Notes: generated by a model not told the origin, from the sequence alone. A DNA stretch of 64,000 nucleotides from Alphaproteobacteria bacterium (GCA_965261735.1 OZ253470.1:1760001-1824000); one strand, 5' to 3'. Numbered from the stretch's first letter, positions 10,400 to 23,525 are shown. Made by a program: numbers and translations.

Positions 10400-10628
10400 G
10401 CGAACACGGGGCCACGCCACTCTTTCTCTGAACGATCATGCCCCATGACGGCTCGACCGCGACCAACCGCTTGTTGGCCGGCTCATAAGAGCCCGCGCCG
10501 GCACCAACGTTGAGAAGTATGTTCAAGTCTGTAATGCAGGACGCGATCAGTGCCGCAATACGAGGATCGGGGCGCCGCGTTGTCGCGTAGTCGGTCCCAA
10601 TATTGTCGTAGTTTGTATTGGTGTTCAT
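10400..10628 (-). pseudogene. Truncated class I SAM-dependent methyltransferase fragment (3' limit approximate)
   Basis: YDNIGTDYATTRRPDPRIA...LNVGAGAGSYEP...AVEPS then loss of similarity; lower GC than neighbours. Confidence 0.7.
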
Positions 10629-10733
10629 GTCGCCATCGGCCTCGGCCATCATAACTGATACCGCGGGGCCAATGGTCCAAGCCACTTAGTAGCCCGATTC
10701 GAGCGCCGAAACATTCACCGCCGCTGCGGCGCC

Positions 10734-10761
10734 TTGACAGGGGGGCCAAAGGGGCTACCTT
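10734..10761 (+). promoter_or_regulatory. Sigma70-type promoter of thrS
   Basis: TTGACA-16 nt-TACCTT about 45 nt upstream of the thrS ATG. Confidence 0.55.
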
Positions 10762-10805
10762 GCGCGCGTTTTCCTGATCCCGCAGGCGTCCGAAGGTGGC
10801 GTCCC

Positions 10806-12758
10806 ATGCTTGCAGCCGACATGGTCGCGATCACATTGCCGGACGGCAGCGTCCGCAATTACGACTCACCGGTGACGGGCTCGGATGTCGCCGCCGACAT
10901 CGGCCCCGGCCTCGCCAAGGCGGCGCTCGCGATCCGCGTCGATGGCGAGCTGCGCGACCTGAGCCGTCCGATCGAGGGCGATGCTGCCATCGCCATCGTG
11001 ACCCGGCGCGACGCCGACGCGCTCGACCTGCTGCGCCACGACGCCGCCCACGTCATGGCCGAGGCCGTGAAGGAGCTCTATCCGGACACCCAGATCACCA
11101 TCGGCCCGGTGATCGAGGACGGCTTCTTTTACGACTTCGCGCGTGAGGAACCCTTCAAGCCCGAGGACCTCGAGCGCATCGCGGCGCGCATGCACGAGAT
11201 CGTCGACCACGGCGAGCCGATCGCCCGCGAGGTATGGGACCGCGACGAGGCGATCGCGCTGTTCAAGGGAATGGGCGAGGACTACAAGGCGGAAATCATC
11301 GCCGACCTGCCGAGCGGCGAGGCCATCAGCCTCTATCGCCAGGGCGCCTTCGTCGATCTGTGCCGCGGGCCGCACCTGCCCTCGACGGGGGCGCTCGGCC
11401 ACGCGTTCAAGCTCGTCAAGCTGGCCGGCGCCTATTGGCGCGGCGATTCGCGCAACGCCATGCTCCAGCGCATCTACGGCACGGCGTGGCGAGACGAGGC
11501 CGAGCTCGGCGCGTACCTCACGCGGATCGCCGAGGCCGAGCGCCGCGACCACCGCAAGCTCGGCCGCGAGATGGATCTGTTCCATCAGCAGGAAGAAGCG
11601 CCGGGCATGGCGTTCTGGCACCCCAAGGGGTGGACGCTGTACCTCACCCTCGAAGGCTATGTCCGACGCCGGCTGGCGGAGGCGGGCTATGTCGAGGTGC
11701 GCACGCCCGAGCTCCTCGACCGCAGCCTGTGGGAGGACTCCGGGCACTGGGAGAAGTTCGGCGAGCACATGTACACCACCAAGGCCGAGAACAAGGTGTA
11801 CGCGCTCAAGCCGATGAACTGCCCGTGCCACGTCCAGATCTTCCGCCAGCAGCTGCACAGCTACCGCGACCTACCCCTGCGTATGGCCGAATTCGGCTCG
11901 TGCCACCGCAACGAGCCCTCGGGCGCGCTGCACGGCCTCCTGCGGGTCCGCCATTTCACCCAGGACGACGCCCACATCTTCTGCACCGAGGACCAGATCA
12001 ACGCCGAGACCAAGGCGTTCTGCGATCTCTTGATGAGCGTCTACGCGGATTTCGGCTTTACCGACGTGATCGTGCGCTATGCCGACCGCCCGCCGGTGCG
12101 GGCCGGGAGCGACGCAACCTGGGATCGGGCCGAAGCCGCCCTCGAAGCGGCCGTCGACGAGAGCGGTATCGCCTGCGAGCGCAATCCCGGCGAAGGCGCC
12201 TTCTACGGCCCCAAGCTCGAGTTCGTGTTGCGCGACGCCATCGGCCGCGACTGGCAGTGCGGCACGCTGCAGGTCGATTTCGTGCTGCCCGAGCGGCTCG
12301 ACGCGACCTACGTCGGCGAGGACGGCGCACGCCATCGGCCGGTCATGCTGCACCGTGCCATCCTGGGCTCGCTCGAACGCTTCATCGGCATTCTGATCGA
12401 GCACTATGCCGGGCATTTCCCGCTTTGGTTCGCGCCGCTGCAGGCGGTGGTGGCGACGATCACCCGCGAGGGCGACGCCTTTGCGCGGGTCGTGGCCGAG
12501 CGCCTGGCCGCCGAGGGGCTGCGGGTCGAGCTCGACCTTTCGAACGAGAAAATCGGCTACAAGGTGCGGCAGCACTCGCTGGCCAAGGTGCCGGTGCTCA
12601 TCGCGATCGGCAAGCGCGAGGCGGCCGAGGGCACGGTGTCGGTGCGCCGCCTCGGCTCCGAGGGGCAAGAAGTCCTTGCGCTCGACGAGGCAGTGGCTAG
12701 ACTCGCGCTCGAATCCACCGCACCGCACGTTAGCGGCCCGGTAAGTAAGCAGTCGTAG
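10806..12758 (+). CDS. thrS: Threonine--tRNA ligase (start 10806 or 10821)
   Basis: TGS domain [45 protein letters not shown]. Confidence 0.98.
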   Translation: MLAADMVAITLPDGSVRNYDSPVTGSDVAADIGPGLAKAALAIRVDGELRDLSRPIEGDAAIAIVTRRDADALDLLRHDAAHVMAEAVKELYPDTQITIGPVIEDGFFYDFAREEPFKPEDLERIAARMHEIVDHGEPIAREVWDRDEAIALFKGMGEDYKAEIIADLPSGEAISLYRQGAFVDLCRGPHLPSTGALGHAFKLVKLAGAYWRGDSRNAMLQRIYGTAWRDEAELGAYLTRIAEAERRDHRKLGREMDLFHQQEEAPGMAFWHPKGWTLYLTLEGYVRRRLAEAGYVEVRTPELLDRSLWEDSGHWEKFGEHMYTTKAENKVYALKPMNCPCHVQIFRQQLHSYRDLPLRMAEFGSCHRNEPSGALHGLLRVRHFTQDDAHIFCTEDQINAETKAFCDLLMSVYADFGFTDVIVRYADRPPVRAGSDATWDRAEAALEAAVDESGIACERNPGEGAFYGPKLEFVLRDAIGRDWQCGTLQVDFVLPERLDATYVGEDGARHRPVMLHRAILGSLERFIGILIEHYAGHFPLWFAPLQAVVATITREGDAFARVVAERLAAEGLRVELDLSNEKIGYKVRQHSLAKVPVLIAIGKREAAEGTVSVRRLGSEGQEVLALDEAVARLALESTAPHVSGPVSKQS

Positions 12759-12834
12759 GCTCACGAGCGCAGGGCGGCTGAGGGCAGCCGAGCGGCGCGT
12801 GCGTCCAACGCCCGCAGCAGAAAGGAAGACCTAG

Positions 12835-13371
12835 ATAGCAAGAAGACCCTTCGCAGCGCCTCCCCCCACCAAGGGCCCCAAGGTCAACACCGAAATTGCG
12901 GTGCCGAGCGTGCGCCTCATTGACCATCGCGGCAACATGGTGGGCGTCGTCGAGACGGAAGAGGCCCTGCGGCGCGCCGAGGAGACCGGGCTTGACCTGG
13001 TCGAGGTGTCGCCCACCGCCGAGCCGCCGGTATGCAAGCTGCTTGATTACGGGAAATTCAAGTACGAGGCCCAGAAGAAGGCCGCGGTCGCCCGCAAGAA
13101 GCAGAAGAATATCGAGGTCAAGGAAATCAAGATGCGGCCGGGCATCAACGGCCATGATTACGATACCAAGATGCGCTTGATGCTCAGGTTCCTGGACGAG
13201 GGCGACAAGGTCAAGGTGACCATCCGCTTCCGCGGCCGCGAAATGCTCCACCCCGACCTTGGCATGAAGGTCCTGGAGCGCATCCGCGAGGACCTCGACG
13301 AGCAGGCCAAGATCGAGCAATTCCCCAGGATGGAAGGCCGGCTCATGACGATGGTGATGTCGCCGCGTTGA
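12835..13371 (+). CDS. infC: Translation initiation factor IF-3 with ATA start codon
   Basis: AAGGA RBS then in-frame ATA GCA AGA AGA (xARRPF...GPKVNTEI); [25 protein letters not shown]. Confidence 0.95.
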   Translation: MARRPFAAPPPTKGPKVNTEIAVPSVRLIDHRGNMVGVVETEEALRRAEETGLDLVEVSPTAEPPVCKLLDYGKFKYEAQKKAAVARKKQKNIEVKEIKMRPGINGHDYDTKMRLMLRFLDEGDKVKVTIRFRGREMLHPDLGMKVLERIREDLDEQAKIEQFPRMEGRLMTMVMSPR

Positions 13372-13431
13372 GGCGCGCCACGGCCCTGGGGGCCGGGGCC
13401 CGCGCGGGCTCGACCCCGACGAAGCCTAGCC

Positions 13432-13605
13432 CTAAGCGCTGATATCGACGGCGCGGCTTCCGTTGGCAGGCGCCGCGCCGGCGCCGACTTGCTCGGCCAC
13501 CGCGCGGGCCTCCTTCAACGCCTCCAGCGCGACCGCGCCGTCGGCATTGCGGATTGCCTGCTTGATGACGCTCGTCACAAGCTGCACCGAGACATCGTAG
13601 GTCAT
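13432..13605 (-). CDS. Small hypothetical protein (ends in VDISA, YjfB-like tail)
   Basis: AAGGA RBS before ATG, 57 aa ORF, GC3-rich codons. Confidence 0.45.
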   Translation of the reverse strand: MTYDVSVQLVTSVIKQAIRNADGAVALEALKEARAVAEQVGAGAAPANGSRAVDISA

Positions 13606-13691
13606 CGCCGTCGTCCTTGCCGTTGAGGCATTTGTTGTAGCGCGCAACGGGTAAAGAAACGGCGAACGGGCTGCCGGGCGCGAGGGCCCGG

Positions 13692-14300
13692 CTACGCGGC
13701 GGCGCGCGGGGCGCTCCTAATCTCGCCTAAGGCCTGGCGCGCGATCTCGAGGGCGCTGAACAGTGCGAGGCCGGCGAGCAGCAGGCCGACCGCGAGGTCG
13801 GGCCACAGCGTTCCGCTCGCCAGAACGCCGCTCGCCGCGACCACCACCGCGATATTGCCGAACGCGTCGTTGCGCGTGCACAGCCACACCGAGCGCATGT
13901 TGGCGTCGCCCTGGCGGTAGCGAAACAACAGCAGCGCGCAGGTGACGTTGGCGACGAGCGCGAGGGTGCCGACGCCGCCCATGACGAGGGCGCTGGGCAC
14001 GCCACCGGTGAGCGCGTGGTAGAGCGCGCTGCCCAGCACCCATAATCCGAACACGACCATGGCCGCGGCCTTGGCGAGCGCGGCGCCGGCGCGCCAGCGA
14101 ATCGTCCGGCCGAGCACGAACAGCGCCAGGGCGTAGTTCACCGCGTCGCCCATGAAGTCGAGCGAGTCGGCCTGCAGCGAGACCGATCCGGCGCCCAGGC
14201 CGGCGCTGCCCTCGATGACGAACATCGCCGCGTTGATCGCCAGTACCGCCCACAGGATGCGGCGATAGCCGCCGGCGGCGACCGCGGGGTGGGCCTCCAT
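13692..14300 (-). CDS. Short CDF-type cation efflux transporter (Co/Zn/Cd)
   Basis: SLQADSLDFMGDAVNY, DANMRSVWLCTRNDAFGN. Confidence 0.85.
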   Translation of the reverse strand: MEAHPAVAAGGYRRILWAVLAINAAMFVIEGSAGLGAGSVSLQADSLDFMGDAVNYALALFVLGRTIRWRAGAALAKAAAMVVFGLWVLGSALYHALTGGVPSALVMGGVGTLALVANVTCALLLFRYRQGDANMRSVWLCTRNDAFGNIAVVVAASGVLASGTLWPDLAVGLLLAGLALFSALEIARQALGEIRSAPRAAA

Positions 14301-14663
14301 CTAGGCCTCGTCCACCTCGGGCTCGCGCTCGATGGCGTGGGCGACCATGTCGGCGACGACGCGGCTGATATGGGCATCGGCGGCGGAATAGAAGACCTGC
14401 TTGCCACGGCGCTCGGCGCGCAGGATGCGCGCCGAGCGCAGCAGCCGCAGATGGTGGCTCACGAGCGAGGGCGAGAGCCTGAGCCGGCTGGCGATCTCGC
14501 CGACGGCCACCGGCGCGGCGAGGCAGGTGAGGATGATCCGCAGCCGGCTCGCATCGCCCATCATGCGAAACATCTCGGCGAGCATGGCGGTGTCGTCCTC
14601 GGCCAGGCCGAAGCGGCCGAGCCCCGAGGCGAGATCGTCATCGTGCGGTGATGGACCAAGCAT
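14301..14663 (-). CDS. ArsR/SmtB metalloregulator
   Basis: AEMFRMMGDASRLRI, SLVSHHLRLLR HTH, alpha5 ligands DAH...HAIE; stop codon abuts the CDF ATG. Confidence 0.9.
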   Translation of the reverse strand: MLGPSPHDDDLASGLGRFGLAEDDTAMLAEMFRMMGDASRLRIILTCLAAPVAVGEIASRLRLSPSLVSHHLRLLRSARILRAERRGKQVFYSAADAHISRVVADMVAHAIEREPEVDEA

Positions 14664-14674
14664 GTAACACCCAT

Positions 14675-14696
14675 ACATCTGAGTAGGTGTTCATAT
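14675..14696 (-). promoter_or_regulatory. SmtB/CzrA-type operator
   Basis: Minus strand ATATGAACACCTACTCAGATGT, an imperfect TGAA-N6-(T)TCA palindrome just upstream of the ArsR ATG. Confidence 0.65.
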
Positions 14697-14981
14697 TAAC
14701 ACTTTAAAACGAACACTCTGTTAAGACACACACTTCCCCGCCGGTGACGTACTGTTGCCCGTGACGACCGAGCGGTTCGACTCGCACATAGGCGAGTGCC
14801 GGTCGACCGACAGGGACTGCAGAACAGGGCACCACATCATCGAGCTCGATCTTCCGATCCGCTGAGCACGGTGAGCGTGCCTTGCGATTCCGTGGGGCAC
14901 TCGCTATAACCCACGCCTCGGCGCCCCTTGGGCGACCGGACAAAACCCTTTACCAGCGCCCAGCGGGCCAGTCGCAAGCTC

Positions 14982-15179
14982 ATGCCCAAGCTCAAGACGA
15001 AAAGCGGCGCCAAGAAGCGCTTCTCGCTCACTGCCAGCGGCAAGGTGCGGCGCAACCACGCCCGCAAGCGCCACGGCATGATCAAGCTCACCAACAAGCA
15101 GATCCGCAACAAGCGCGGCACCACGGTGATGGCGGCGAGCGACGCCAAGATCGTACGCCGCTTCATTCCCTACGGCTGA
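14982..15179 (+). CDS. rpmI: 50S ribosomal protein L35
   Basis: [14 protein letters not shown]...RHGMIK. Confidence 0.97.
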   Translation: MPKLKTKSGAKKRFSLTASGKVRRNHARKRHGMIKLTNKQIRNKRGTTVMAASDAKIVRRFIPYG

Positions 15180-15188
15180 GGCAGGACG

Positions 15189-15554
15189 ATGGCACGGGTC
15201 AAGCGGGGCGTTACCAGCCATGCCCGTCACAAGAAGGTGCTGGGGCGCGCCAAGGGCTATCGCGGCCGCGCGCATGCCGCCTTCCGCATCGCCATCGAGC
15301 GCGTCGAGAAGGGACTGCAATACGCCTACCGCGACCGGCGCGCGCGCAAGCGCACCTTCCGGGCGTTGTGGATTCAGCGCATCAACGCGGCGGCGCGCGA
15401 CAACGGCCTCACCTACGGCCGATTTATGAACGGCCTCAGCCGCGCCGGCGTCGAGGTCGACCGCAAGATCCTGGCCGACCTCGCGGTGCGCGAACCTGAG
15501 GCCTTCAAGAGCCTGGCCGATCAGGCGCGCGAGGCCCTCGGCAAGGCTGTCTGA
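15189..15554 (+). CDS. rplT: 50S ribosomal protein L20
   Basis: [34 protein letters not shown]. Confidence 0.98.
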   Translation: MARVKRGVTSHARHKKVLGRAKGYRGRAHAAFRIAIERVEKGLQYAYRDRRARKRTFRALWIQRINAAARDNGLTYGRFMNGLSRAGVEVDRKILADLAVREPEAFKSLADQAREALGKAV

Positions 15555-15585
15555 CCCCGGCCCTCGTCCGGTAACGCAATGCTAG

Positions 15586-17232
15586 GAGCGTGCGCCGCAG
15601 AAAGGTCCGCGCGGCAAAGTTGATAGCGGACGGGTTGTGGGTGGATTTGCGCAGGGGGAAGTATGATCCGATACGCCAGTTGCGTGTGGGAACTCCCGAT
15701 GCCGACCACGTTTCGTGCCTACCAGCCGGACCAACCCTTGCTTTTGCCGCCGGACTTGCAGGAGTGGGTTTCCCCAGGGCACCTGGCTCATCACGTCAGC
15801 GATGTGGTCGATGCACTGGACTTGACGGCGTTCTATGCGCCCTACGAGGGGGACGGTCGACGCAACGCCCCCTACGAGCCGTCGATGATGGTCAAGGTGC
15901 TGATCTATGCCTACGCGACGGGCACATTCTCCTCGCGCGCGGTGGCGAGGAAGCTGGAGGAGGATGTAGCGTTTAGGATGCTCGCGGCGGGCAACTTCCC
16001 GCAACATCGCACGGTATGTGAGTTCCGACGCCGACATCTGGCGGAGTTCAGCGAGCTGTTTGTGGGGGTGGTGCAGGTGGCGCGCGAGATGGGACTGGCG
16101 CGGTTCGGCAAGCTCTCGGTCGACGGGACGAAGGTGCGAGCGAACGCGAGCAAGCGCAAGGCGATGAGCTATGAGCGGATGGGCAAAGAGGCGGCTCGCT
16201 TGCAGGCGGAGATCGAGGCGCTGCTGACGACGGCGGGGATGGTGGACGCCGAAGAAGACGAGCGTTGGGGCGAGGATTTCCGGGGCGACGAGTTGCCCGA
16301 GGAGTTGCAACGCAGGGAGAAGCGCCTGGCGGCGATCCAGGCAGCCAAAGCGCGTTTGGAGGCGGCGCAACGCGGGCGCGACGATGAGCGCGGGCGCGAG
16401 CCGGGGCAGGACCGCAATCCCCGGGGCGGGCGGCCTTACAAGCGGGCCTACGGCGAGCCCGAGCCGAAGGCGCAGAGCAATTTCACCGATCCCGAGAGCC
16501 AGATCATGAAGACCAGCAGCGAGGGGTTCCAGCAGTGCTACAACGCGCAGATGGCGGTCGATGGGGAGCACCAGATCATCGTCGCGACTCAGGTGGGGCC
16601 ACAGGCCAGCGACCAGGGTCAGCTGGTGGGGATGCTCGACGAGATCAACGAGACGTTTGGGGTCGAGCCTGCGGTGGTACTGGCCGATGCGGGCTACTGC
16701 AACGAGCCGGATCTGTTGGAGCTGGAAGATCGCGGCATCGACGCGCACGTAGCGCTGGGGCGTGAAGGCAAGTCCCAGGTGGCGGTCGACCCGGCCCGGC
16801 TCCCTGCCACGCACCGCATGGGTGAGAAACTGGCGAGCCCCGCGGGCAAAGCCCGGTACGCGCAACGCAAGTGGCTCTCGGAGGCGCCGAACGGGTGGAT
16901 CAAGGAGGTGCTCGGATTCCGACGATTCAGCCTGCGAGGCTTGGCGAAGGTGCGCGGCGAGTGGGACCTCGTGTGCTTGGCGTTGAACATCAAGCGGATG
17001 GGGACGGTGGCCACGTGCTGAGGCAGGTGCTGGCCTGCCAACGCACTTGATCCGGGGCGCGCAGTGCCCATCGACCGCGTATGAAACGCGAATCTCTTCC
17101 CTTCCGGCCTTCCGGTCTGGGATTTCCATCCCAGAGTCGGGCGGGCCAGATATCCACACTCGGGCCAAAATCCCACCTCTCCGGCGGCCGCGCGCCAATC
17201 GCCCAACATCAAAACTTCTACGGCGCACGCTC
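15586..17232 (+). mobile_element. IS1182-family insertion sequence, complete
   Basis: TIRs GAGCGTGCGCCGCAGAA / TTCTACGGCGCACGCTC; CTAG duplicated at 15582-15585 and 17233-17236. Confidence 0.9.
15699..17021 (+). CDS. IS1182-family DDE transposase
   Basis: PYEPSMMVKVLIYAY, VDGTKVRANASK, NFTDPESQIM, LADAGY, GWIKEVLGFRRF. Confidence 0.9.
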   Translation: MPTTFRAYQPDQPLLLPPDLQEWVSPGHLAHHVSDVVDALDLTAFYAPYEGDGRRNAPYEPSMMVKVLIYAYATGTFSSRAVARKLEEDVAFRMLAAGNFPQHRTVCEFRRRHLAEFSELFVGVVQVAREMGLARFGKLSVDGTKVRANASKRKAMSYERMGKEAARLQAEIEALLTTAGMVDAEEDERWGEDFRGDELPEELQRREKRLAAIQAAKARLEAAQRGRDDERGREPGQDRNPRGGRPYKRAYGEPEPKAQSNFTDPESQIMKTSSEGFQQCYNAQMAVDGEHQIIVATQVGPQASDQGQLVGMLDEINETFGVEPAVVLADAGYCNEPDLLELEDRGIDAHVALGREGKSQVAVDPARLPATHRMGEKLASPAGKARYAQRKWLSEAPNGWIKEVLGFRRFSLRGLAKVRGEWDLVCLALNIKRMGTVATC

Positions 17233-17276
17233 CTAGGGGGCCGCCGCCGTTGGCCCTCTTTCTCGTGAGCGCAGCG

Positions 17277-18353
17277 ATGCAGCACTTATCTGAACTTGAA
17301 CGCGGCATCGCGGCAGACATTGCCGCGGCGGCCGATCTCGAAGCTTTGGAGCGCGCGCGCGTCGCCGCTCTCGGGCGCAAGGGGACGCTCACCACACTGA
17401 TGCGCGGACTCGGCGCCATGGAGGCCGAGGCCCGAAAAGAGCGCGCACAGGCCCTCAACGACATCAAGGAGCGCGTGAGCGCGAGCCTCGGCGAGCGCCG
17501 CGCCGCGCTCGAGGCGGTCGAGCTCGAGGCCCGCCTCGCCCGCGAGAGCGTGGACGTGACCCTGCCGGTGCGGCCCGAGGCGAGCGGGCGTATCCATCCC
17601 GTGAGCCAGGTCTTCGACGAGATCGCCGCGATCTTCGCCGACATGGGCTTCACCATCGCCGAGGGACCCGACATCGAGGACGATTTCCACAACTTCACCG
17701 CCCTCAACATCCCTCCCGAGCATCCCGCGCGCCAGATGCACGACACGTTCTATTTTCCCGAGAAGGCCGACGGCGGGCGCATGCTGCTGCGTACCCACAC
17801 CTCGCCGGTGCAGATCCGCGTCATGCGGGCCGAGCCGCCGCCGCACCGCATCATCGTGCCGGGGCGCACCTACCGCTGCGATTCCGATCAGACTCACACG
17901 CCGATGTTCCACCAGGTCGAGGGCCTGTTGATCGACCGCTCGAGCCATATGGGCCACCTCAAGGGATGCCTGTTCGAGTTCGCGCGCGCGTTCTTCGAAA
18001 TCGACGACCTGCGCATGCGCTTTCGGCCGAGCTACTTTCCATTCACCGAGCCCTCGGCCGAGCTCGACATCGGCTGCGCCTATCGCGGCGGTGAGCTCAG
18101 GATCGGTGAGGGCGAGGACTGGCTCGAGATTCTCGGCTGCGGCATGGTCCACGCGCGGGTACTCGAGCATGTCGGCCTCGACCCGAGCGAGTATCAGGGC
18201 TTCGCCTTCGGCCTCGGCGTCGATCGCGTCGCCATGCTGAAATACGGCATCCCCGACCTGCGCGCCTTCTTCGAGAGCGACCTCAGGTGGCTGCGCCACT
18301 ACGGCTTTCTCGCCCTCGACGTACCGACGCTGTCCCAGGGGCTGGGGCGATGA
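17277..18353 (+). CDS. pheS: Phenylalanine--tRNA ligase alpha subunit
   Basis: [40 protein letters not shown]. Confidence 0.98.
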   Translation: MQHLSELERGIAADIAAAADLEALERARVAALGRKGTLTTLMRGLGAMEAEARKERAQALNDIKERVSASLGERRAALEAVELEARLARESVDVTLPVRPEASGRIHPVSQVFDEIAAIFADMGFTIAEGPDIEDDFHNFTALNIPPEHPARQMHDTFYFPEKADGGRMLLRTHTSPVQIRVMRAEPPPHRIIVPGRTYRCDSDQTHTPMFHQVEGLLIDRSSHMGHLKGCLFEFARAFFEIDDLRMRFRPSYFPFTEPSAELDIGCAYRGGELRIGEGEDWLEILGCGMVHARVLEHVGLDPSEYQGFAFGLGVDRVAMLKYGIPDLRAFFESDLRWLRHYGFLALDVPTLSQGLGR

Positions 18354-20755
18354 AGTTCACCTTGGCGTGGCTCGCGGAGCACCTGGAGACGCGTGCCGGC
18401 GTGCGCGAGATCGTCGACCGCCTCACCGAGCTCGGCCTCGAGGTCGAGGAGGTCATCGACCGTGCTCGCGACCTCAACCCCTTCACCGTCGCCCGCGTCG
18501 TTGATGCGCATCCCCACCCCGACGCCGACAAGCTGACCCTGTGCACCGTCGATACGGGCGCGCGCTCCGTTCAGGTCGTGTGCGGCGCGCCCAACGCTCG
18601 GACTGGGATGAAGGGCGTGTTCGCCGCGCCCGGCACTACCCTCCCCGGCACCGGCATGGTGCTGAAAAAGGCGCGCATCCGCGGCCAGGACAGCCACGGC
18701 ATGTTGTGCTCCGAGCGCGAGATGGGGCTCGGCGAGGACCATGCCGGCATCATCGAGCTGCCCGAGGATGCGGCCGTGGGCGAGCCCTTCGCCAGGTCCC
18801 TCGGCCTCGACGATCCGGTCATCGACGTCACCGTGACGCCGAACCGGCCCGACTGCCTGGGCGCGCGCGGCATCGCCCGAGACCTCGCCGCGGCCGGCCT
18901 CGGCACCCTCAAGCCGCTCGTCAACGAGGCCGTGGACGGTGGGTTCACGAGCCCCGTCGGCGTGCGCCTCGCGCGGACACCGGGCGCCGAGAACGCGTGT
19001 CCGCTGTTCGTCGGCCGCTATTTGCGCGGGGTCACCAACGGGCCGAGCCCGCGCTGGCTCGCCGACCGGCTGCGGGCGGTCGGCCTGCGGCCGATCTCGG
19101 CCCTCGTCGACATGACGAACTTCATCACCCTCGATCTCGGCCGGCCGCTCCACGTCTTCGACGCCGATACCCTGGCCGGAGGCATTCACGTCCGCCTGTC
19201 GCGCGCGGGCGAGACGCTGGCCGCGCTCAACGACAAGGACTACACGCTCGACGACGAGATGACCGTGATCGCCGACGACGACGGCGTGCTCGGGCTCGGC
19301 GGGGTCATCGGCGGAACCTCCTCGGGCTGCACCGAGGCGACCCGCAACGTGTTCATCGAGGCGGCGCTGTTCGATCCCGTGCGCACGGCGATGACAGGCC
19401 GCAAGCTCAACATCGAGAGCGACGCGCGCTACCGCTTCGAGCGCGGCGTCGACCCTGCTTTCGTTTACGAGGGCATGGAAGCGGGCACACGCCTCGCGCT
19501 GGCCCTGTGCGGCGGTGAGCCGAGCGCTCTGGTGGCGGCCGGCGCCGAGCCCGACTGGCGCCGCGATATCGCGCTCCGGCCCTCGCGCATCCACCATCTC
19601 GGCGGCATCGACCTGCCCGAGGACGACACGGTACGCCTCTTGGGTGCGCTCGGCTTCGGGGTCACGACCGAGGCCGAGGCGTTGCGCGTGGCCGTGCCCT
19701 CGTGGCGCGGCGACATCGAGGGCGAGGCCGACCTCGTCGAAGAGGTGGTGCGCCTGCACGGCTATGGGCATGTCCCCGAGGTGGCGCTCACGCGCCGCGA
19801 CGCGGTGGCCCGGCCGATCGTCTCGGGCACCGCGCGCCGCCGCGGTCACGCGCGCCGCGCGCTCGCCGAGCGCGGTCTCGTCGAGGCGGTGACCTGGTCG
19901 TTTCTGCCCGCGGCCCAAGCCGACCTGTTCGGCGGCGCGAGCGACCACCTCCGCCTCGCCAACCCGATCAGCGCCGACCTCGATGCCATGCGGCCGAGCC
20001 TGCTGCCCAACCTCATCGCTGCGGCCGGGCGCAACATCGACCGCGGGGCCCGCGATGTGGCCCTGTTCGAGGTCGGGCCCGTGTATGCCGACGACACGCC
20101 ACAGGGGCAGTCGACGGCCGCCGCCGCGGTACGCTCGGGCGAGGCCGCGCCGCGACACTGGGCGCGTGGCGCCCGCAACGTCGATGCGTTCGATGCCAAA
20201 GCCGACGCACTCGCGGCGCTCGAGGCCTACGGCGCCCTGGTGTCCAGCCTCGAGGTCGGCCGCGGGGCGCCCGCCTGGTTTCACCCGGGCCGCTCGGGCG
20301 TCCTCAAGCTCGGCCCCAAGACCTCGCTTGCCGCGTTCGGCGAGGTGCACCCCGCCGTGCTACGCGCCATCGACGTCAAGGGTCCGCTGGTCGGCTTCGA
20401 GGCGTTCCTCGATTCGGTGCCCGCGGGCCGCGCGCGCGCCGGGCACACCCGGCCCCGGCTCGACGTCGTCGACCTGCCCGTGGTCGAGCGCGATTTCGCG
20501 TTCGTGCTCGACGAAGGGATCGCGGCGGCCGCGGTCATACGCGCGGTCAAGGGTGCCGACAAAGCGCTCGTCCGCGAGGTCGACGTGTTCGACGTCTACC
20601 GGGGCGACGGCATCGGGGTGGGCAAGAAGTCGATCGCGCTCAGCGTCCGTCTCGAGCCCTCCGAGCGCACCCTCACCGACAGCGACATCGACGCGGTCGC
20701 ACAAAAGATCGTGGTCGCCGTCGCCAAGGCGACGGGCGGAAGTCTGCGCGGCTAG
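18350..20755 (+). CDS. pheT: Phenylalanine--tRNA ligase beta subunit
   Basis: HPDADKL, VVCGAPN, TPNRPDC, RFERGVD, RDFAFV. Confidence 0.98.
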   Translation: MKFTLAWLAEHLETRAGVREIVDRLTELGLEVEEVIDRARDLNPFTVARVVDAHPHPDADKLTLCTVDTGARSVQVVCGAPNARTGMKGVFAAPGTTLPGTGMVLKKARIRGQDSHGMLCSEREMGLGEDHAGIIELPEDAAVGEPFARSLGLDDPVIDVTVTPNRPDCLGARGIARDLAAAGLGTLKPLVNEAVDGGFTSPVGVRLARTPGAENACPLFVGRYLRGVTNGPSPRWLADRLRAVGLRPISALVDMTNFITLDLGRPLHVFDADTLAGGIHVRLSRAGETLAALNDKDYTLDDEMTVIADDDGVLGLGGVIGGTSSGCTEATRNVFIEAALFDPVRTAMTGRKLNIESDARYRFERGVDPAFVYEGMEAGTRLALALCGGEPSALVAAGAEPDWRRDIALRPSRIHHLGGIDLPEDDTVRLLGALGFGVTTEAEALRVAVPSWRGDIEGEADLVEEVVRLHGYGHVPEVALTRRDAVARPIVSGTARRRGHARRALAERGLVEAVTWSFLPAAQADLFGGASDHLRLANPISADLDAMRPSLLPNLIAAAGRNIDRGARDVALFEVGPVYADDTPQGQSTAAAAVRSGEAAPRHWARGARNVDAFDAKADALAALEAYGALVSSLEVGRGAPAWFHPGRSGVLKLGPKTSLAAFGEVHPAVLRAIDVKGPLVGFEAFLDSVPAGRARAGHTRPRLDVVDLPVVERDFAFVLDEGIAAAAVIRAVKGADKALVREVDVFDVYRGDGIGVGKKSIALSVRLEPSERTLTDSDIDAVAQKIVVAVAKATGGSLRG

Positions 20756-20841
20756 CGTGGTTCATACCGGAATTGGCTGTGGCAACGGCAAAGCCAGCAA
20801 AACGCTGTGAGTTCGTCTCACCGCCCCTGTAGCGCAATTGC

Positions 20842-22653
<1,812 letters not shown>

Positions 22654-22660
22654 GGCTGCC

Positions 22661-22972
22661 TCAGTGCCGCCGGCGACGACGGCGCTGACGCCGGCGAAAC
22701 GCGACGACGAGGATGAGCCCGAGGCCGGCGAAGACGGCCCACGCCGGCCACAGCAATACGGTCGCGATCGCCGGGTCCCAGACCGCCGGGTGGACGTAGC
22801 GCTGGATCACCGCTTGGCTGAAATTGAGGCTGCCGACGTCGATCGTGTACCACAGGCTGCCGAGCGCCATCCCCTGATAGGCGCCGGTGTTGATCCACCC
22901 GACGAGATCCCAGCCGACGGCGACGACCGCGGCCGCGATGAACAACAAGCCGAGAATGCGTCCGACGATCAT
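22661..22972 (-). CDS. Hypothetical two-TM membrane protein
   Basis: Two hydrophobic helices, GSLW...SLNFSQAVIQRY..P..WDP segment, Arg-rich tail. Confidence 0.7.
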   Translation of the reverse strand: MIVGRILGLLFIAAAVVAVGWDLVGWINTGAYQGMALGSLWYTIDVGSLNFSQAVIQRYVHPAVWDPAIATVLLWPAWAVFAGLGLILVVAFRRRQRRRRRRH

Positions 22973-23041
22973 GGTCCCCCGCCCAGGCCGGCCTGGCCCT
23001 AGAGTAACCTGTTGTGGCGGCGAGGCAATGCCCGCTCGAAA

Positions 23042-23069
23042 TTGCAATCACGCGAGGCGTGACTATAGT
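23042..23069 (+). promoter_or_regulatory. Sigma70 promoter of tRNA-Ser
   Basis: TTGCAA-16 nt-TATAGT. Confidence 0.6.
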
Positions 23070-23137
23070 GCCGGTCTCGGTGCCGGCGCGCGCGAGGGGC
23101 TGGAGGTGGCCGGCGCCGGCGCGGCGGGCGCGAGCAC

Positions 23138-23228
23138 GGAGGGGTGGCCGAGTGGTCTAAGGCGCACGCCTGGAGAGCGTGTACACGCCGCAAGCGTGTC
23201 GTGGGTTCGAATCCCACCCCCTCCGCCA
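23138..23228 (+). tRNA. tRNA-Ser(GGA)
   Basis: Acceptor stem GGAGGGG/CCCCTCC, anticodon arm CACGC-CTGGAGA-GCGTG, long variable arm, GGTTCGAATCC, encoded CCA. Confidence 0.97.
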
Positions 23229-23260
23229 TTTGATCGTTTGGGTGTTTGTGGGGAGGGATA

Positions 23261-23500
23261 GTGGCCGGCGACGATAAGAAAGAAACGAGCCCTGCTCCAA
23301 GCAAGGAGACTCCCTCAAAGGGCAAGGACGAGGGCGCTCGCAAGGGCAAGGGCGCTTCTGGCGCGGATCCAGCCAACGCCGACGGCGGCGAGGCGGCTGG
23401 CCGCTCACCCTCGGGCTACAGTCGGGGCGAGCGCCAGAAGCCGATTTCCAAGGCTTACAGGGATAACTGGGACGTGATTTTCGCAAGGAAGAAGAAGTGA
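23261..23500 (+). CDS. Small charged hypothetical protein
   Basis: GGAGG RBS plus GTG; low-complexity N-terminus, C-terminal YRDNWDVIFARKKK. Confidence 0.6.
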   Translation: MAGDDKKETSPAPSKETPSKGKDEGARKGKGASGADPANADGGEAAGRSPSGYSRGERQKPISKAYRDNWDVIFARKKK

Positions 23501-23525
23501 TGATTGCGCCGTGGGAGACAGAAGC

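Noticed and set aside
15582-20350. Long antisense ORFs (567, 350, 337, 683 aa)
   Set aside because: Stop-poor shadows of high-GC genes with no recognisable motifs
23170-23176. G37 in the tRNA-Ser(GGA) anticodon loop
   Set aside because: A purine at 37 is normal; no evidence of altered decoding
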